A stretch of DNA of 64,000 bases from Spirochaetales bacterium (GCA_017540815.1 JAFYAI010000036.1:3637-67636); one strand, 5' to 3'. Shown: positions 1 to 10,408, counted from the stretch's first letter. The notes: a model not told the origin generated them from the sequence alone. A program made the numbers and translations.

Positions 1-1
1 T

Positions 2-3000
2 TCATCGAAGATTACTTTGCTCTGTGGAACTGATACAGCGACTATCTACTATACAACTGACGGAACGACACCGACGACTTCATCGTCAATATATCCTGCA
101 GGCGGTATAGCATTGTTTAGCGGTATGAGTACAGCAGGCAGTAAAACTGTTAAAGCAATCGCTGCTGCGTCAGGGATGACCAACAGTGATGTGTTCAGTG
201 CGACATATAACTTTGATCCGCAGAAAGCGGCTTCTCCGTCATTCAGTCCTGTTGGCGGAACATATTCGGAGAATAAGAATGTAGAATTAACCAATAACGA
301 ATCAAGCGGAGTACTGCAGTATTCATTTACAGGCGATGATTGGACTAATTATACCGGTGCAATTTCTTTAACCGGAAGCAGTTCTGCTGATGTTATCAAA
401 ACGATCTATGCAAAAGTCATCAATGTTGACGGCAAGAGTGAATCTGATGCTGTATCTCAGACATATACGATTGCATATCCGAAGTTGGGTGAAGTATCGA
501 TAACTCCGCCTGCCGGACAGTATGGTACTACACAGTATTATACATTGTCTGCAACAGTTGCAGGTGCAACTATCTATTATACTAAGGATGGAACAACTCC
601 GACTAAGTCCTCGACGAAATATACAACACCGTTTAACTTTGTATCTGACGGTGAATATACTGTTAAGGCATTTGCAGTGGCAGACGGATATAAGGACTCG
701 GATATTGCAGAGTTTGGGCTGTATACAATATCAAGCAGTCAGAACGGAGGCGTGACATTCGATACTGCTAAGACTCTGTATCATGATCCTACAAGTGATA
801 CATGGTCCAATGATGAGAATGATGCTAATCTGAAGTCCGGCAGAACTATATTCTATGGTGCAGGATTTGAGGCAGGCGAGACTTATAAGCTGACATATTC
901 ACAGGGACTGTCTGCTTCAGTAACGATCTATGATAACAGTGAAAAAGCAATAGATAGTACACAGGAAGTTGGCTCTGTTTCATTCACTGCCGCATCTGGA
1001 ACGAAAGAGACGGATAAATACTACTTCGAGTTCAATGTAACCGAAGAGATGGATAATGTCCAGATCTCTATCGCTGTAGACGGTAATGCAATAGAAGTAA
1101 CAAGCATTAATATCACTCCGAACGGAGCATCGATGGATGTCGGTGGTGATGCAGTTACATTTACGGTAACATATCTGCCGGCGAATGCCAACAGCGGCAA
1201 GAGTGTAACATGGACTGTCGGTAACAGTGCTGTGATCTCTAAGAGTGGGACAGGTGATACTGTTACGATTACTGCTCTTGCAGAAGGCACATCGACACTT
1301 ACTGCCACAAGTTCAAACGGTAAAACAAAGAGTGTAACGATCACTGCCGCAACAACAACAACAACTACTACTACTACGACGACGACGACAACTATCGCTC
1401 CTGTAGTCAGTGACACACTCGGTGAAATGCATCCGACATCAGGACCGCTGTCACCTGTGAGCCAAGATTCATGGGGCAGCAGCAAGTATGTGCTTGGTGC
1501 TAATGTTAGCAGCGGCAATACGACATTTGCATTGTATTCTGCTAATGCTACTAAAGTGCTGCTGGAGATCTACGATGCTGCTTACGGCGAGGATGCTAAG
1601 TATGATTATTGGATGACACAGCATTCATCATCTAAGCAGTGGCAGGCAAAACTGCAGGGTGACTTATCCGGCAAGTATTACGCATTCCGAGTTTGGGGAC
1701 CGAACTGGAAGTATGATTCAGGTTGGAAGAGAGGCGGCAGTTCAGTCGGAATGGTCGGAACTCACGACTGTGACTCCAACGGAAACAGATTCAACCCGAA
1801 CAAAGTTGTATTCGATCCGTATGCACGGGAGATAACACATGATCCGAGCAATGCGACAGCGTTGGCATATTCTCCGACTGCACCTGCTAATCCTTACGGG
1901 GCACTGAGTACAGGTGATACATATCGAAACTATGACTCAGGCAAGATCGCACCTAAGGGTATCGTTGTAACAGACAATACAAACTACGGAACTAAACCGG
2001 CTATCCCGCAGAAAGATGCTATCATATATGAGGCACATGTCCGCGGTATAACGAAGCACAGTTCTTCTGCTAATCTGGCAACTCTGCTGTCGAAATACAG
2101 TCAGTTTGGCGATGTAGTCAACATCCCGACAGAATATCAGGGAACATATAAAGGTGCAGCAATGCTCGTGCCATATTTAAAGGCTCTCGGTATCAATACT
2201 ATCGAGTTGCTGCCTGTTCACGAGACGGACAATGATGCTAATCCTGATGACGGTCCCGGCGGCAACTTCTGGGGTTATATGACATTTAACTATTTCGCTC
2301 CGGACAGACGCTACTCCAGTGACAAGACACCGGGCGGACCTACGAAAGAGTTCAAAGAGATGGTTAAGGCATTCCACGATGCCGGAATGGAAGTATATCT
2401 CGATGTGGTATATAACCACACCGGTGAAGGCGGCACATGGCATGGAAGCAGCACAGATCCTAACTTCGATAACGGTAAGCAGTGCACAGTCGTAAGTATG
2501 CGAGGTATCGATAATGCGACATACTATTCATTGGTAAAAGGCTCGAAGTGGGCATATTGGGAGACAACAGGCTGCGGCAACAATATGCAGTGTGACAATG
2601 CTTATGTCCGACAGTTCATACTTGACTCTCTGACATATTGGATAGACACGATGGGTGTAGACGGCTTCCGATTTGACTTGGCTACCACACTCGGACGAGA
2701 GTACAACTCAACAACCGGTAACTGGAACTATAATGCAAGTGCTGCAACACTGACACAGATAGCAGCATTGGGTCAGACAAAGAATGCAGAGATGATTGCA
2801 GAGAGCTGGGACTGCGGAGATAACAGTTATCAGGTCGGCAACTTCCCTGACGGCTGGGCAGGCTGGAACGGTTACTATCGTGACAATATCAGAGGATTTG
2901 TCGGCAATGGTCAGGCAGAAGCTGCTATCTCATATACGACAGGATTGTATGGTGACTTGGATCACTTCGGTGTAAATGAGCCGTCGATCAACTTCATCGT

Positions 3001-6000
3001 TGCACATGACGGATTTACTCTGGCGGATCTGTGTTCATACAGCGGCAGCGGTAACTATTATAATGATAAACTGGCATGGCCGTTTGGTCCGAGTGACGGC
3101 GGCAACGGCGATCAGAACAGTATATCTACTAACATCTATGTAAACGGTTCTGTCGATGAACAGGCGAGCCGAAGACAGCGTGCAAGGAACTATTTCGCAA
3201 TGCAGATGTTCAGTGCAGGTATACCGATGATCGTATACGGTGATGAGTTCGGTCGAACACAGAACGGCAACAACAACCCGTATAACATCGACAGTGTAGC
3301 AACATGGAATAACTATAATATGGTTAATACCGCAAGTCCGCAGGCAGCAAGCACCGGAGGCAGTGGAACATATACCAATATGTTTGGTACATTCGGCAAT
3401 ACTGCCGGTAAGAACGGTAACTTCGACTTTGCGAGATTCGTAATGAATGAGCGTCTGAACAATAACAGTCTCCGACAGGTTAGCGGTGCTGCAGCTCCGA
3501 TGGAGTGGTATTCTACAACCGGAACAAAGGGTTGGGCTGACGAAGGCAATGCTAAGGCGATCATGATTAACGGAAGCAAAGGCGTAGATGGTGCTAAGTA
3601 CTATATGATGATCAATATGAAAGGCGACCAAACTACTTTCACAGTTCCGAAGTCAGATACAGGATCATCTTGGGTTCGTATCGTCGATACAGGCAATTGG
3701 GCTGAGGCAGACTGCAACTATTGGGAGATTACCGATCCTACGGCATACTCATTCAGTGCAGCAACCGAATACGGTGTAGGTCCATATACAGTTGTGATCT
3801 TTAAGCAGGTGGAAGATACACCGACTTGTGCAGCTCCGACTATCAGCGGAACGACTCCGTTTGACGGCAGCACATCGGTAACGATCAGTTCTGCTGACGG
3901 AGCAACAATCTACTATACAACAGACGGTTCTGCTCCGACTGCAAGCAGCACAAGATATACATCGGCTGTAACGATTACAAAGACGACGACATTCAAAGCT
4001 ATCGCTGTTAAGGCAGGGTATAACAACTCTTCAGTGACAACGAAGAAGTTCACTAAGAATGCTCTTACCTGTGCAACGCCTGTTATCAGCGGAACAACAC
4101 CGTTTACAGACAGCACAACTGTCAGTATCAGCTGCTCATCTCCGGCAGGTGCGAGCATCTATTATACGACAGACGGCAGTACACCGACAACATCAAGCAG
4201 TGTTTATTCTTCGCCGTTTACTTTGACAGAAACAAAGACTGTTAAGGCAATAGCTGTTTACAGCGGATATGAAGACTCGGAAGTATCGTCTAAGACATTC
4301 AGTGTTAAATCGGCTGAGTCGTCGAAGAGCGGTGTAATGCTGCAGGGATTCAACTGGGACAGTGCACCGAGAGGCAACAGTTCAAAGTGGTACAGATGGT
4401 ATGGTGTAATGACAGATAATGCTTCTGCAATTAAGAATACATTTGCTTATGTATGGTGTCCTCCGCCAAGCAAAACAGATACTGCTTCGTCAGAAGGATA
4501 TTCCCCGACAGAGCTTAACGATCTCAACAACTGCTATGGTTCAGAGACTCAGTTAAGGGCGATGATCAATGCAATCAGTCCGGCTAAAGCTGTTGCTGAT
4601 ATAGTTATTAATCACAGATCCGGTTCGACAAGCTGGGGTGACTTTGTAAATCCGGATTGGGGTGTAGTAAAGGGTTCTAACTATAAAGCAATCTGTTCTG
4701 ATGATGAAGGATTTAGCGGAGAGCCGTCTTTGATGGGAGCTGTTGCTGCTAATATGCGAGGTAATACAGACTCCGGTGAGCAGTATTCAGCATCACGAGA
4801 TCTTGATCACAAAGCATCATTTGTTCGCGATGGTATCAAGACTTGGATGAAAGATGTTCTCAAAGATGCAGGATTTGTCGGATGGAGATATGACTTTGTA
4901 AAAGGTTATAGTGGTCAGTATGTAGGCGAATATAATGCTTATACGAGTGCAGAGTTCTCAGTCGGCGAGTTCTGGCCAACGCCAACATATAGTTCATCTG
5001 ACTGGGGTAATCAGATTAAGAATTGGGTTGCGGCTACAGCAACAAACGGCGGACAAAAATCCAGAGCGTTTGACTTTGCACTGAAAGGTGCTATGAATAT
5101 GGTATTTGGTTATAATACATCAGGTCAGTCAAACAGCGGATTCGATGCCCTTGCAAGTTCAGATAACCTGTTCATAAGTCAGCCTGCTGATGCAGTCACA
5201 TTCATTGATAACCATGATACAGGTTCAACGCAAAAACATTGGTATCTTGATCCAAATGATATTGGTATCGGTTATACATTGATACTTACTCATCCGGGAT
5301 ATCCGTGTGTCGCTTGGCAGCATTATTTCACTTATGCTGAGAGCGGAAGCAACGGTACAGATGGCGGTGCTCAGTATGTTGCCGGTAATACTGTACCGGG
5401 AACAACATATACATTGCGACAGCATATTGATAACCTGATAGAACTTAGGAAGTCGATTGGTATTGAATATGATTCGGAGAGAACCACTGTTGCATCAACA
5501 TCAGGATATTATGTTGCAGAGATTACAGGAACAAACGGCAGCATACTTGTTGAGATAGGTTCAGGCTGGAGTCCGACAGGTGCGTATGCAGACTATGAGT
5601 TCCAATACAGCGGAACGGACTTTGCTATATGGACTAACGGACAGGCAAGCACGAAGTGTAAAGCACCTGTTATTACATTCAATAACGGAACTTGTACGCT
5701 GTCCTGCAGTAACGCAAGTGCGGCTATCAAATACCGTATAGGCACAAGCGGCAGTTACACAACATATTCGTCACCGTTCAGCGTAAGCGACGGTCAGACA
5801 GTATATGCGTATGCAACGGCTGACGGATTGGAAGACTCGACAACTGTAAACAAGAAATACAGTGCAGGACGAACTCTGACCGTAACTGTTGAAAGCTGGG
5901 TATGGAATGACAGTGCTGTAGTGTTTGCCTGGGTATGGGGAGACTCATCAGCGGGCGAGTGGATTACGGTCAACGGATCAGGCTCTACTGCAACTGTTGT

Positions 6001-6181
6001 TGTTCCTGCTGATACTAACGGATTTAATATGGCAAGATGTCCTGCCGGAACTACAACTCCAAGTTGGACGGCAACAGGCAACAGTGCAGGGCGTATCTAT
6101 AATAAAACAAACGATGTTACTGTTACATCGGGCAACAATTCATACTCAACAACATGGGTAGAATACAATTACACTCCCTGA
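2..6181 (+). CDS. Multidomain amylopullulanase-like enzyme, 5' end outside the window. It carries CHB_HEX_C/Fn3-like repeats, a Big_2 domain and a Thr14 linker. A pullulanase-type GH13 catalytic domain is followed by a second, alpha-amylase-type GH13 domain and a C-terminal starch-binding module (CBM25/26-like)
   Basis: Single ORF with no stop from the window edge. GH13 pullulanase/debranching motifs: YNHTGEG, GVDGFRFDLA, AESWD, FIVAHDGFTL. Second GH13 block: LQGFNWDS, DIVINHRS, GWRYDFVKGY, GEFW, FIDNHD. Repeated TIYYTTDG(T/S)xPT motifs. Ig-like Big_2 stretch (ITPNGASMDVGGDAVTFTV...). W-rich C-terminal domain (WVWNDSAVVFAWVWGD). Confidence 0.85.
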   Translation, partial: SSKITLLCGTDTATIYYTTDGTTPTTSSSIYPAGGIALFSGMSTAGSKTVKAIAAASGMTNSDVFSATYNFDPQKAASPSFSPVGGTYSENKNVELTNNESSGVLQYSFTGDDWTNYTGAISLTGSSSADVIKTIYAKVINVDGKSESDAVSQTYTIAYPKLGEVSITPPAGQYGTTQYYTLSATVAGATIYYTKDGTTPTKSSTKYTTPFNFVSDGEYTVKAFAVADGYKDSDIAEFGLYTISSSQNGGVTFDTAKTLYHDPTSDTWSNDENDANLKSGRTIFYGAGFEAGETYKLTYSQGLSASVTIYDNSEKAIDSTQEVGSVSFTAASGTKETDKYYFEFNVTEEMDNVQISIAVDGNAIEVTSINITPNGASMDVGGDAVTFTVTYLPANANSGKSVTWTVGNSAVISKSGTGDTVTITALAEGTSTLTATSSNGKTKSVTITAATTTTTTTTTTTTTTIAPVVSDTLGEMHPTSGPLSPVSQDSWGSSKYVLGANVSSGNTTFALYSANATKVLLEIYDAAYGEDAKYDYWMTQHSSSKQWQAKLQGDLSGKYYAFRVWGPNWKYDSGWKRGGSSVGMVGTHDCDSNGNRFNPNKVVFDPYAREITHDPSNATALAYSPTAPANPYGALSTGDTYRNYDSGKIAPKGIVVTDNTNYGTKPAIPQKDAIIYEAHVRGITKHSSSANLATLLSKYSQFGDVVNIPTEYQGTYKGAAMLVPYLKALGINTIELLPVHETDNDANPDDGPGGNFWGYMTFNYFAPDRRYSSDKTPGGPTKEFKEMVKAFHDAGMEVYLDVVYNHTGEGGTWHGSSTDPNFDNGKQCTVVSMRGIDNATYYSLVKGSKWAYWETTGCGNNMQCDNAYVRQFILDSLTYWIDTMGVDGFRFDLATTLGREYNSTTGNWNYNASAATLTQIAALGQTKNAEMIAESWDCGDNSYQVGNFPDGWAGWNGYYRDNIRGFVGNGQAEAAISYTTGLYGDLDHFGVNEPSINFIVAHDGFTLADLCSYSGSGNYYNDKLAWPFGPSDGGNGDQNSISTNIYVNGSVDEQASRRQRARNYFAMQMFSAGIPMIVYGDEFGRTQNGNNNPYNIDSVATWNNYNMVNTASPQAASTGGSGTYTNMFGTFGNTAGKNGNFDFARFVMNERLNNNSLRQVSGAAAPMEWYSTTGTKGWADEGNAKAIMINGSKGVDGAKYYMMINMKGDQTTFTVPKSDTGSSWVRIVDTGNWAEADCNYWEITDPTAYSFSAATEYGVGPYTVVIFKQVEDTPTCAAPTISGTTPFDGSTSVTISSADGATIYYTTDGSAPTASSTRYTSAVTITKTTTFKAIAVKAGYNNSSVTTKKFTKNALTCATPVISGTTPFTDSTTVSISCSSPAGASIYYTTDGSTPTTSSSVYSSPFTLTETKTVKAIAVYSGYEDSEVSSKTFSVKSAESSKSGVMLQGFNWDSAPRGNSSKWYRWYGVMTDNASAIKNTFAYVWCPPPSKTDTASSEGYSPTELNDLNNCYGSETQLRAMINAISPAKAVADIVINHRSGSTSWGDFVNPDWGVVKGSNYKAICSDDEGFSGEPSLMGAVAANMRGNTDSGEQYSASRDLDHKASFVRDGIKTWMKDVLKDAGFVGWRYDFVKGYSGQYVGEYNAYTSAEFSVGEFWPTPTYSSSDWGNQIKNWVAATATNGGQKSRAFDFALKGAMNMVFGYNTSGQSNSGFDALASSDNLFISQPADAVTFIDNHDTGSTQKHWYLDPNDIGIGYTLILTHPGYPCVAWQHYFTYAESGSNGTDGGAQYVAGNTVPGTTYTLRQHIDNLIELRKSIGIEYDSERTTVASTSGYYVAEITGTNGSILVEIGSGWSPTGAYADYEFQYSGTDFAIWTNGQASTKCKAPVITFNNGTCTLSCSNASAAIKYRIGTSGSYTTYSSPFSVSDGQTVYAYATADGLEDSTTVNKKYSAGRTLTVTVESWVWNDSAVVFAWVWGDSSAGEWITVNGSGSTATVVVPADTNGFNMARCPAGTTTPSWTATGNSAGRIYNKTNDVTVTSGNNSYSTTWVEYNYTP
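1352..1393 (+). repeat. In-frame trinucleotide tract (ACA/ACT/ACG)14 encoding a Thr14 linker
   Basis: acaacaacaacaactactactactacgacgacgacgacaact is seen directly and translates to 14 consecutive Thr. Confidence 0.8.
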
Positions 6182-6198
6182 TATGTAAACAATCACAA

Positions 6199-6232
6199 CC
6201 ACAAATCGGCTTGCCGATTTGTGGTTTTATTT
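6199..6232 (+). terminator. Rho-independent terminator after the amylopullulanase gene
   Basis: ccacaaatcggc / gccgatttgtgg stem followed by ttttattt. Confidence 0.75.
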
Positions 6233-6261
6233 GACACTATTATAATAACAAGGAAAAAAAT

Positions 6262-7104
6262 ATGAAGAAATATATAGGACTTTTTATTGCAGCGGTTATG
6301 GCTTTCGCATTCTGTGCGATCGGATGTGATACTGAAGAGGGAGGATCTTCAAGCAGCAGCGGATCAGGCAGTGGGAACGGGAAAACAAGTATTACCGGTT
6401 TCACAGTAACCCCATCCGGTACAATCGAGATGAATGTTGATGAGACAAAAGATTTTACGATTGCATATCAGCCTGCTAATGCGACTTTCAATCCTGCCGA
6501 TCTTACTTATGATATGGACACATCATATCTGCAGGTCGTGCCTGAGTTAATTAAGTTTTCGTCCGGTTCGATTTCGATAACAGTGAAAGCGATTAAAGCG
6601 GGAACTACAACTGTTAATGCAAGTTTAATCAGCAATCCGAAAATAAAAGGCAGCATAAAATTTGACATCAAAGGAGCAGACTCATCAGGCAGCGGAGATG
6701 AAGGTATTCCTGCTGATGTTACTACATTGGATGTAACAGTAACATGTACTGATTTGACGATGGACAGCATTCATCATGCTGAGTTTTGGTTTGATAAAGG
6801 AAATTATGCAAGCAAAAAACAGGCAGGTTCTCTCAACTGGACAAAAAAGACTGTCCCTCATTCAAAGCTTACCGTTGAATATGAGGGGAGAAACGGAACA
6901 GTGAAATTCCAAATAGTTGATGAAGGGTTGGGAACGGAAATGAAGATGTACTATTATGTGAAACTGTTGAATGAAGATGATGTTTCTGTTGGAACATTAG
7001 AGGATGTTTATCAGGATACACGAGACATAAAACCTGAAACGAAATACACTTTATCATTAGAAAGTAATGGTGTATACGGAGATGCAGCAATAGAACTTAA
7101 CTAA
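6262..7104 (+). CDS. Lipoprotein with a bacterial Ig-like (Big_2-type) domain
   Basis: Signal peptide plus lipobox (FCAIGC). Big_2-like segment ITGFTVTPSGTIEMNVDETKDFTIAY. C-terminal region is paralogous to the next ORF. Confidence 0.5.
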   Translation: MKKYIGLFIAAVMAFAFCAIGCDTEEGGSSSSSGSGSGNGKTSITGFTVTPSGTIEMNVDETKDFTIAYQPANATFNPADLTYDMDTSYLQVVPELIKFSSGSISITVKAIKAGTTTVNASLISNPKIKGSIKFDIKGADSSGSGDEGIPADVTTLDVTVTCTDLTMDSIHHAEFWFDKGNYASKKQAGSLNWTKKTVPHSKLTVEYEGRNGTVKFQIVDEGLGTEMKMYYYVKLLNEDDVSVGTLEDVYQDTRDIKPETKYTLSLESNGVYGDAAIELN

Positions 7105-7133
7105 AAGAGTTCATGCAGGTAGCAGATTCATGC

Positions 7134-7169
7134 AAAAAGCGATTTTATGATTCATAAAATCGCTTTTTT
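7134..7169 (+). terminator. Palindromic rho-independent terminator
   Basis: aaagcgattttatga|ttcataaaatcgcttt followed by ttt. It overlaps the annotated upstream start of the next ORF, arguing for the internal start at 7192. Confidence 0.65.
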
Positions 7170-7191
7170 AGACTATTATTCGGGGTGCGTA

Positions 7192-7704
7192 ATGAGACAA
7201 AGTATTTGGCGTATAATAGACTTAATAGCTGTGGCAATTATATTATGTATGAGTGCCTGCGATGCCGACTCTGATGTAAGTTCGATTCCGCCATGGGATA
7301 CTGACGGGTCTGACACCTCTGTTATCGAATCAGATATACAGGTTAGAGTGCATTTGGCTGATGTATCAGCTGATGATGTGGCTTTGGCAGAATTGAGATA
7401 TGGCATTGGAAGGTATGAAACAGAATTAACGACTCATTTTGCTGCCGGTATCAGAGTCAGTAAATCACAGCTGACGAAAAGTTTACCATCCGATACACAG
7501 CAGATTGTATCATTCCCGGTGACAGTTTCGATTCCTGACAACACAGCGTGGTACTGCAATGTCAGATTATTAAACTCAGATAATGTATGTATTGGTAATC
7601 TCGCAGAGATGTGGCAGAGTGATACAATCGATGGTGTATACGTCATTGATGTGACATGCGACGGCGTATACGGTGAGATAAATGTTGAGTACAATCCGCG
7701 GTAA
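7192..7704 (+). CDS. Small lipoprotein, paralog of the 6262-7104 product
   Basis: MRQSIWRIIDLIAVAIILCMSAC lipobox. C-terminus (NVRLLNSDNVCIGNL...DGVYGEINVEYNP) aligns with ORF 6262 C-terminus (YVKLLNEDDVSVGTL...NGVYGDAAIELN). Confidence 0.45.
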   Translation: MRQSIWRIIDLIAVAIILCMSACDADSDVSSIPPWDTDGSDTSVIESDIQVRVHLADVSADDVALAELRYGIGRYETELTTHFAAGIRVSKSQLTKSLPSDTQQIVSFPVTVSIPDNTAWYCNVRLLNSDNVCIGNLAEMWQSDTIDGVYVIDVTCDGVYGEINVEYNPR

Positions 7705-7740
7705 TGTATAGCAATATGCAATAACCAAGCATTAATTAAC

Positions 7741-7775
7741 AAAAAATCGGTTTTGGTCACAAAACCGATTTTTTG
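7741..7775. terminator. Bidirectional terminator between convergent genes
   Basis: aaaatcggtttt ggtcac aaaaccgatttt flanked by an A-run and a T-run. Confidence 0.7.
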
Positions 7776-7785
7776 TTATTCTCTT

Positions 7786-9324
7786 TTATTCCTTCACCCT
7801 AATATTTATCATCTTTATCGTTGCATCGATCGCTGCAAGGATCTGGTCAGAGTTTACGCTGCGAGTGGCTATGCGGTGGGGCGGCTCATCGTCAGAGTCA
7901 GAGTATTCCCAGACGATGTTTGTCTGCACAAGAGCATCGGTGCGGCCGCCGGGCGGGATCGTAACTGTATAGTCAACCAAGTGCGGCATGGTGATGCCGA
8001 ATTCTTTCAGTACGACTTGGAGTGCATTCATAAATGCGTCGTAGCCACCGTCTCCGTAGGAGTAGCCGTCTTTCTCTTCGCCGTTGTATGCACATTTGAT
8101 AGCGGCGTATGGTTTCATCCGATATGTCGTCGTTATGGCACAATTAACCAAACGGAATGCGGCATGTTTCTTGTCATCAAATATATCGCTGACAAGATAC
8201 GGCAGATCATCGGCAGTGACATTCTCTTTGCGTTCGCCGAGTTGGATTATTTTCTTTAGGAGTATCTCTTTCTGAGTTTCATTGAGACTGATACCGAGCA
8301 TTTCGAGATTCAGATCAAGGCTCGCACGGCCTGATAGTTTGCCGAGAGCATATTCCTGAGTGCGTCCGAAACGCTGCGGAGTGAGTTTATTATGGTAGAG
8401 GTTGCCTTTGCGGTCGCCGTCGGCATGAATACCGGCAGTCTGCACGAACACATTGGAGCCGTATATCGGCTTGTGTGCAGAGACACGCTGGCCTGAGAAT
8501 GACTCAACAAGCCGTGAGACTTTGTGCAGATTGTGCTCATTAATCTGAGTATCAATGTTAAGGAAATCACGAAGACTTACAACAACTTCATCAAGCGGAC
8601 AGTTGCCGGCTCGCTCACCGAGACCGTTGACGGTAGTATGGATGCCGCTGATACCGGCACGAGCCGCCGCCAAAGCATTGGCGGTAGCCATTCCGTAGTC
8701 ATTATGAGAATGAAAGTCGAAATGCACAAACGGAAACTCATCAACAAGGTTAGATATGATATTATAAGTATCGAATGGCTGTAAGATCCCCATTGTATCG
8801 GAGAGCATTATTCGCCGAACTCCGAGATCTTTGAGGAATGTGATAATATCATGCACATAGTCAGGACTGTCGGTAATGCCGTTGGAGAAGTGTTCCAGAT
8901 AGACATTGACGGTCATGTCATTATCCTGAGCATAATTAACAGTGTCTTCTATATTGCGGAAGTGTTCTTCCGGAGTCTTGCCGAGTTGGATCTGCAGATG
9001 TTTGGCAGAGCCTTTGACGAGCAGATTAACAGTCCGAACGCCGGTCTGTGCTATCCAGTCAACAGACTTGTGACCGTCTGTGAATCCGAGAACTTCAAGC
9101 CGTTCAATGCAGCCCATAGTCATCGCCCAATCAGCGATGCGGCGAACAGACTCAGTCTCAACATCCGAGCCGAGAGCAGACGCGATCTCTATCCTGTCGG
9201 CATTGACTTCGGACAGCAGCGTCTGAGCAAGAGTGTATTTCTCCGAAGGTGCGTAGGATATGTTCTGCATCTGCTCACCTTCGCGCAGAGTCGAGTCGAG
9301 TATTTCGACAGCGTGTGACGGCAT
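7786..9324 (-). CDS. 2-isopropylmalate synthase / (R)-citramalate synthase family protein (LeuA/CimA, HMGL-like plus LeuA dimerisation domain)
   Basis: N-terminal ILDSTLREGEQ (the DxTLRDGEQ-type motif). HxH metal site (HFDFHSHNDYGMATANALAA). Length of 512 aa, implying the regulatory domain is present. Confidence 0.8.
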   Translation of the reverse strand: MPSHAVEILDSTLREGEQMQNISYAPSEKYTLAQTLLSEVNADRIEIASALGSDVETESVRRIADWAMTMGCIERLEVLGFTDGHKSVDWIAQTGVRTVNLLVKGSAKHLQIQLGKTPEEHFRNIEDTVNYAQDNDMTVNVYLEHFSNGITDSPDYVHDIITFLKDLGVRRIMLSDTMGILQPFDTYNIISNLVDEFPFVHFDFHSHNDYGMATANALAAARAGISGIHTTVNGLGERAGNCPLDEVVVSLRDFLNIDTQINEHNLHKVSRLVESFSGQRVSAHKPIYGSNVFVQTAGIHADGDRKGNLYHNKLTPQRFGRTQEYALGKLSGRASLDLNLEMLGISLNETQKEILLKKIIQLGERKENVTADDLPYLVSDIFDDKKHAAFRLVNCAITTTYRMKPYAAIKCAYNGEEKDGYSYGDGGYDAFMNALQVVLKEFGITMPHLVDYTVTIPPGGRTDALVQTNIVWEYSDSDDEPPHRIATRSVNSDQILAAIDATIKMINIRVKE

Positions 9325-9334
9325 ACTTTGCCCC

Positions 9335-10408
9335 TTACATTGCAGCCTTGACCTGCCATGCCTTCTGAGTCGGAGTAAGTTTGCCCTGACTCCAAAGGAT
9401 GAGCAGTTCTTTCATATCGGTATTGCTGAATGTTACCTTACCGCCCTTCGGGAATGCAGCCATCTTCTCTTCGATGTCCAGATACTGTTTCGGTATAAGA
9501 CTGCGGAATTCTTTGCTTGTCACGATCTCATCGAGGATCTTGGCCGGTATCATATTGGCATTGTATGCGACTTTATAATACTCCTGAGAAATGCCATTGC
9601 CCTGCGAAACTGCGTCAATGACGATCGTCTTGATCTTCAGATTATTGATAACTGCGAGGCGATACTTATACTCATCGGCAGAAACATACTGACCGTAAGA
9701 ATGGAAATCACGGTTTTTGTCAAATGTGAACCCGATCTTAATCGGGCTGCCGTCCTTGCCTGTTGGAACAGGTTTAACCGCATTATCAGTCTTTGTAAAT
9801 CTCGGAGCAGGCATATTCTGACGCGGAGCGACAGGATTGCCGGAACTTGTTCTCGCCGGAGATGACGGCTTCTGCTGAGCAGCACTTTTGTCGTCAGTTT
9901 GAGCCGGAGTACTTGATTTTGCAGCAACTGTCGGTTGTGCCGATTTAATCGGAGCCGAGTCGGATGGAGTCCTTGTTGCAGTGACTGTATCCTGCTTCGG
10001 AGTATTGTTATCGGCTTCGTTTGTCGGTGCAGCAGTATTCGCAGCCTGTGATTCCTGTTCAGCCGGATTAAGATATGAGTATTTCTTCTGAGGATTGCCT
10101 GCACTGATGACAGGAGTATTGTCTGCCGGAACAGGCTCAGACCGGATAGCTTTATCCTGCACAGGCTGCTCGTTTGACTCATTATGACTCGTGCCGAGTA
10201 TAGCAGCGTGAGTCTGATCGCTGCCGATCTGTTCATCATCATTGATCACAAATCGGGCATCATTATCTGGAGTCGCAGTATACAGCGTATAGCCGGAGTT
10301 GGCCGGTTTCAGCCAGTCAAAGTAGTATATACCTATCAGGGCAACAATACAGCCCAGCACTAATACAATCGAAGTAATTAAGAAAATCAAACCGCCTTTA
10401 GTAGACAT
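9335..10408 (-). CDS. Membrane-anchored protein with an N-terminal TM helix, a long Pro/Thr/Ser/Ala/Gln-rich disordered linker and an uncharacterised C-terminal globular domain
   Basis: AAAGGAG RBS before ATG at 10408 (MSTKGGLIFLITSIVLVLGCIVALIGIYYF). Low-complexity linker. 10-bp gap to the downstream leuA/cimA-like gene. Confidence 0.45.
   Translation of the reverse strand: MSTKGGLIFLITSIVLVLGCIVALIGIYYFDWLKPANSGYTLYTATPDNDARFVINDDEQIGSDQTHAAILGTSHNESNEQPVQDKAIRSEPVPADNTPVISAGNPQKKYSYLNPAEQESQAANTAAPTNEADNNTPKQDTVTATRTPSDSAPIKSAQPTVAAKSSTPAQTDDKSAAQQKPSSPARTSSGNPVAPRQNMPAPRFTKTDNAVKPVPTGKDGSPIKIGFTFDKNRDFHSYGQYVSADEYKYRLAVINNLKIKTIVIDAVSQGNGISQEYYKVAYNANMIPAKILDEIVTSKEFRSLIPKQYLDIEEKMAAFPKGGKVTFSNTDMKELLILWSQGKLTPTQKAWQVKAAM

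Noticed and set aside
1021-1518. Antisense 165-aa ORF with a poly-Val run inside the amylopullulanase gene
   Set aside because: Shadow ORF created by the complementary strand of the Thr-codon repeat and the strongly codon-biased sense frame; no RBS or homology.
6232-6248. TTGACA immediately followed by TATAAT (ttgacactattataat) upstream of ORF 6262
   Set aside because: The 4-bp spacing is incompatible with a sigma-70 promoter; the real promoter, if any, must use other hexamers or read-through from the amylase gene.
7147-7191. Annotated start (MIHKIAFLDYYSGCV) of the second small lipoprotein
   Set aside because: These codons lie inside the palindromic terminator 7134-7169; the Met at 7192 followed by a lipoprotein signal is the more plausible start.
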